This document shows, one piece after another, positions 62,366 through 64,000 of a stretch of DNA of 64,000 bases. The notes beneath the pieces are model-generated. The model saw only the letters and a program-made list of their open reading frames with translations, was not told where the DNA came from and did not search any database. The DNA comes from an uncultured Pseudomonadota bacterium (GTDB lineage Bacteria; Myxococcota_A; Polyangia; Polyangiales; Sandaracinaceae): NCBI GenBank assembly GCA_963832725.1, contig CAWHVG010000001.1, forward strand, positions 1,389,928-1,453,927. Direction: 5' to 3'. How positions within the stretch are numbered: position 1 is the first letter of the stretch; the number at the start of each line of letters is the position of its first letter. Made by a program: the position numbers and the translations under genes.

Positions 62366-63645
62366 GTGCTGAGGCGAGCGCTGCCCTTGGTCGTGGTCGC
62401 GATGCTGGTCGGCGCGGCGAGCGCGGCGCTCTCCCTCGCGTTCGGGCCGCGGCACGCGCGGGAGAGGACGCTCCGCGCGCTCTCCGAGGCGTCGGGCGTG
62501 AGCGAGCCGCCTCTCGGCCATCCGATCTCCATCGAGGATCCGAGCGGGCACGCGCTCGACGCGCTCTACGCCGCGCTCCGCCGCGCCGAGCGCGGAGACG
62601 GGCAGGCGCACCTCGTCTTCTACGGCGGCAGCCACACGGCGGGCGACTCCTTCACCGGCCGCATGCGCGAGGAGCTGCAAGCGCGCTTCGGCGACGCCGG
62701 GCACGGGTTCGTCCCGCTGGTGCCGGTGGTCGTGAACCACTGGGCGTGGGGCATGGTGATCGACCCGGCGGAGGGCTGGGCGGTCACGCAGGTCGGCCGC
62801 AAGCACGCCACCGTGGCGCGCTACGGCATCGCCGGCGTCGAGTTCACCTCCGACGAGCCGGAGGCCTTCGCCGCCGTCTCGAGCGACTTCTGGGGCAGCG
62901 GCCGGGAGGCCTCGCGGCTTGACGCTCCTCTACGATCGCCGCCCCGGGCGGCGGGCACCTCGAGGTCTGGGTGGACGGCCGGCGGGTGGAGACGCTCGAC
63001 ACCGACTACCAGGTCGCGGCGGGCGCGATGCGCGTCTACCGGGTCAGCGACGGCCCCCACCGACTGGAAGTCCGCGTCGTCGGCGACGGCCCGGTGACCG
63101 TCTTCGGCGTCGTCTTCGAGCGCGACCGCCCGGGCGTCCTCGTCGACAACCTCGGCCTCGTCGGCGCCAAGGCGCGCCACCAGCTCTACTGGGATCCCGA
63201 TCTCTGGCGCGGGTTCTTCGCCTCGCGGCGCCCGGATTCGATCGCGCTCGCCTACGGCAACAACGAGGTCGACGACGATCACCTCACCCTCGCGCAGCAC
63301 GAGGCGCACCTGCGCGAAGTGCTCGCTCGCCTGAGGGCGGCCGCGCCGGGCGCGTCGTGCCTCCTCATCGGCCCCACCGACCGCCCCGCGCGCGGCGAGG
63401 ACGGCCGGCCGGTGGTGCAGCCCATCGTCCGCGACATCAGCGAGATGCACCGCCGCGTCGCGCTCGACGTCGGCTGCGGCTTCTTCGACACCCTCGCCTT
63501 CCAGGGCGGGCTCGGCGCCGGCATCCGCTGGCTCGAGCACGATCCGCCATGGATGCGCGACGACATGATGCACCTGACCCGCGACGGCTACCTCCGCTGG
63601 GGCGACGTCCTCACCGCCGCGCTGCTCGAGGGCTACCGCGACTGA
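62366..63645 (+). CDS. SGNH/GDSL-like hydrolase family protein; two frame breaks (about 62915-62921 and 62943-62952)
   Basis: Signal/TM LPLVVVAMLVGAASAAL. FYGGSHTAGD (block I-like) and a C-terminal DDMMHLTRDGY (block V DxxH). The frames read ASRLTLLYDRRPGGGHLEVWVDG when joined. Confidence 0.65.
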
Positions 63646-63761
63646 GGCTGACCGGCGAACCGCGATGGACCACTGGTCTCGCACACCGGGATCGGGCGAC
63701 GCATCACGCGCGGGGCCGCCTACACAGATTCGACGGGAGACATCGGCGCGACAGCACCACC

Positions 63762-64000
63762 GGAGCTCCGTTCGACGGGGAAGATCGTACGACGACGGGG
63801 CGCGCGCAGCTCTCCCACTCGACGGGATGGGCCAGGGGCCGACGGCGCGCGTTCGGAGTTCCTCCCGGCGCTCGACGGCGAGATTGTACGACGACGGGGC
63901 GCGCAGCTCCTCCCCCACTCGACGGGATAGACCAGGAGCCGACGGCTCGCGCTCGGAGCTCCCTCCCCTGCGTTCGACGGAGGAGTCGGAGCAGGCGGCT
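63762..64000. repeat. intergenic tandem repeat, unit about 93-100 bp, at least 2.4 copies (runs off the window)
   Basis: ggagctccgttcgacgg..tcgtacgacgacggggcgcgcgcagctc..ccactcgacgggat.g.ccagg.gccgacgg recurs from 63855 and again from 63955. Confidence 0.8.

Overview
High-GC (roughly 70% by eye) bacterial chromosome segment. Gene content looks myxobacterial: many lipoproteins with D/A/G/P-rich linkers, CGxCGxxC cysteine-rich repeat proteins and Ser/Thr-kinase remnants. This taxonomic call is inference. I support about 45 protein-coding genes and found no tRNA, rRNA, CRISPR array, transposase or integrase. Recognisable content: a split oleA-oleB / oleC-oleD olefin (beta-lactone) pathway; housekeeping genes ahcY, argS and aroC; a multi-domain sensor histidine kinase; a STAND ATPase-TPR regulator with a C-terminal winged helix; a LysR regulator; a large M48 peptidase; a YVTN beta-propeller/di-haem peroxidase lipoprotein; a lipase-maturation-factor homologue; and a three-gene envelope operon of unknown function. 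The strongest signal is technical or epigenetic. About 19 genes are broken by single-base frame shifts, nearly all +1. Eight of them are an extra A or T inside what would otherwise be GATC (read as GAATC or GATTC). Essential genes argS and aroC are among those hit, so I treat these as consensus errors, possibly linked to methylation, and not as true pseudogenes. Other notable items: a 42/43-bp tandem array beside a gutted kinase gene, a low-GC PH-domain gene flanked by about 130-bp direct repeats in a decayed rhodanese locus, and out-of-frame tandem duplications at two gene 3' ends. All product calls rest on motif recognition only, with no database search.
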